DNA of 63,241 bases, filler included, from Octopus bimaculoides (Eukaryota): assembly GCF_001194135.2 (NCBI RefSeq). It is 8 parts of 8 records of this genome, joined end to end, with 100 filler letters (N's around TTAATTAATTAA, not from the genome) between each part and the next. Parts side by side here need not be neighbours in the genome. Positions count along the whole stretch, not along the records: positions 61,960 to 63,241 come from NC_069002.1; 7 more parts are not named here. One strand, given 5' to 3'. The notes below the pieces were generated by a model. That model ran no database searches. It was not told where the DNA came from and was given only the letters and a program-made list of their open reading frames with translations. The position numbers were made by a program, and so were the translations under genes. The number at the start of each line of letters is the position of its first letter. The first letter of the stretch is position 1. Of this stretch, positions 62,840 through 63,241 are shown piece by piece.

Positions 62840-63241
62840 ATGTGTGTGAGTATGTATGTATATTTGTGTGTGTATGTATGTTTGTTTATGCATGTGAATG
62901 TGTGTTACTGTCTCCTTGCTTTGATGTCATGTGATAATCACCAGTTTCATTGCCATGCAAACGGTGTGCAGTTATCCTTCGCCATATTGCGGTTCACCTT
63001 TCGCAGTTCACCTATTGTGGTTCATTATTTAAGCTTACATCGATTCCTCTGTGGTGTTGTTTTGCATTTATAATAAAATAAATACATACAAATTATAAAA
63101 ATGATAAAACAAAATATATTGTACTGTTTCTACTTTGTGGATTTTCACCTATTGTGGGGAGTTTTGGAATGTAACACCTGCCATAATCAAGGGATTACTG
63201 TACATCATTTCCAATCTTTTGTGAAAGAAAACATGTTTGGC

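Overview
AT-rich, repeat-dense eukaryotic DNA with many N-gaps and di/tri-nucleotide microsatellites. The SINE/LINE repertoire looks cephalopod, most likely an Octopus draft assembly (inference, not proven). The only convincing host-gene sequence is one large minus-strand coding exon (54301-55952, 5' part lost in a gap). It encodes tandem CSPG/cadherin-like repeats most similar to FRAS1-related extracellular matrix protein 1 (FREM1) and ends in a canonical GT-AAG donor. The rest is intronic or intergenic. It contains two abundant tRNA-derived SINE families, RTE-type LINE pieces, a cluster of five decayed R4/Dong-type (restriction-like endonuclease) LINE pieces at 14-27 kb, a mariner relic nested in one of them, a Chapaev-like relic, and hAT and Tc1/mariner MITEs. 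There are also several long fold-back palindromes and several degenerate minimal hammerhead-ribozyme motifs of the Penelope-like-element type. No prokaryotic features, CRISPR arrays or intact transposase/RT ORFs were found. Almost all ORF-track entries are microsatellite or N-gap artefacts. I found no clearly new biological system; the best leads are the hammerhead relics, the fold-back structures, the Dong/R4 microsatellite-targeting cluster and the giant FREM1-like exon.
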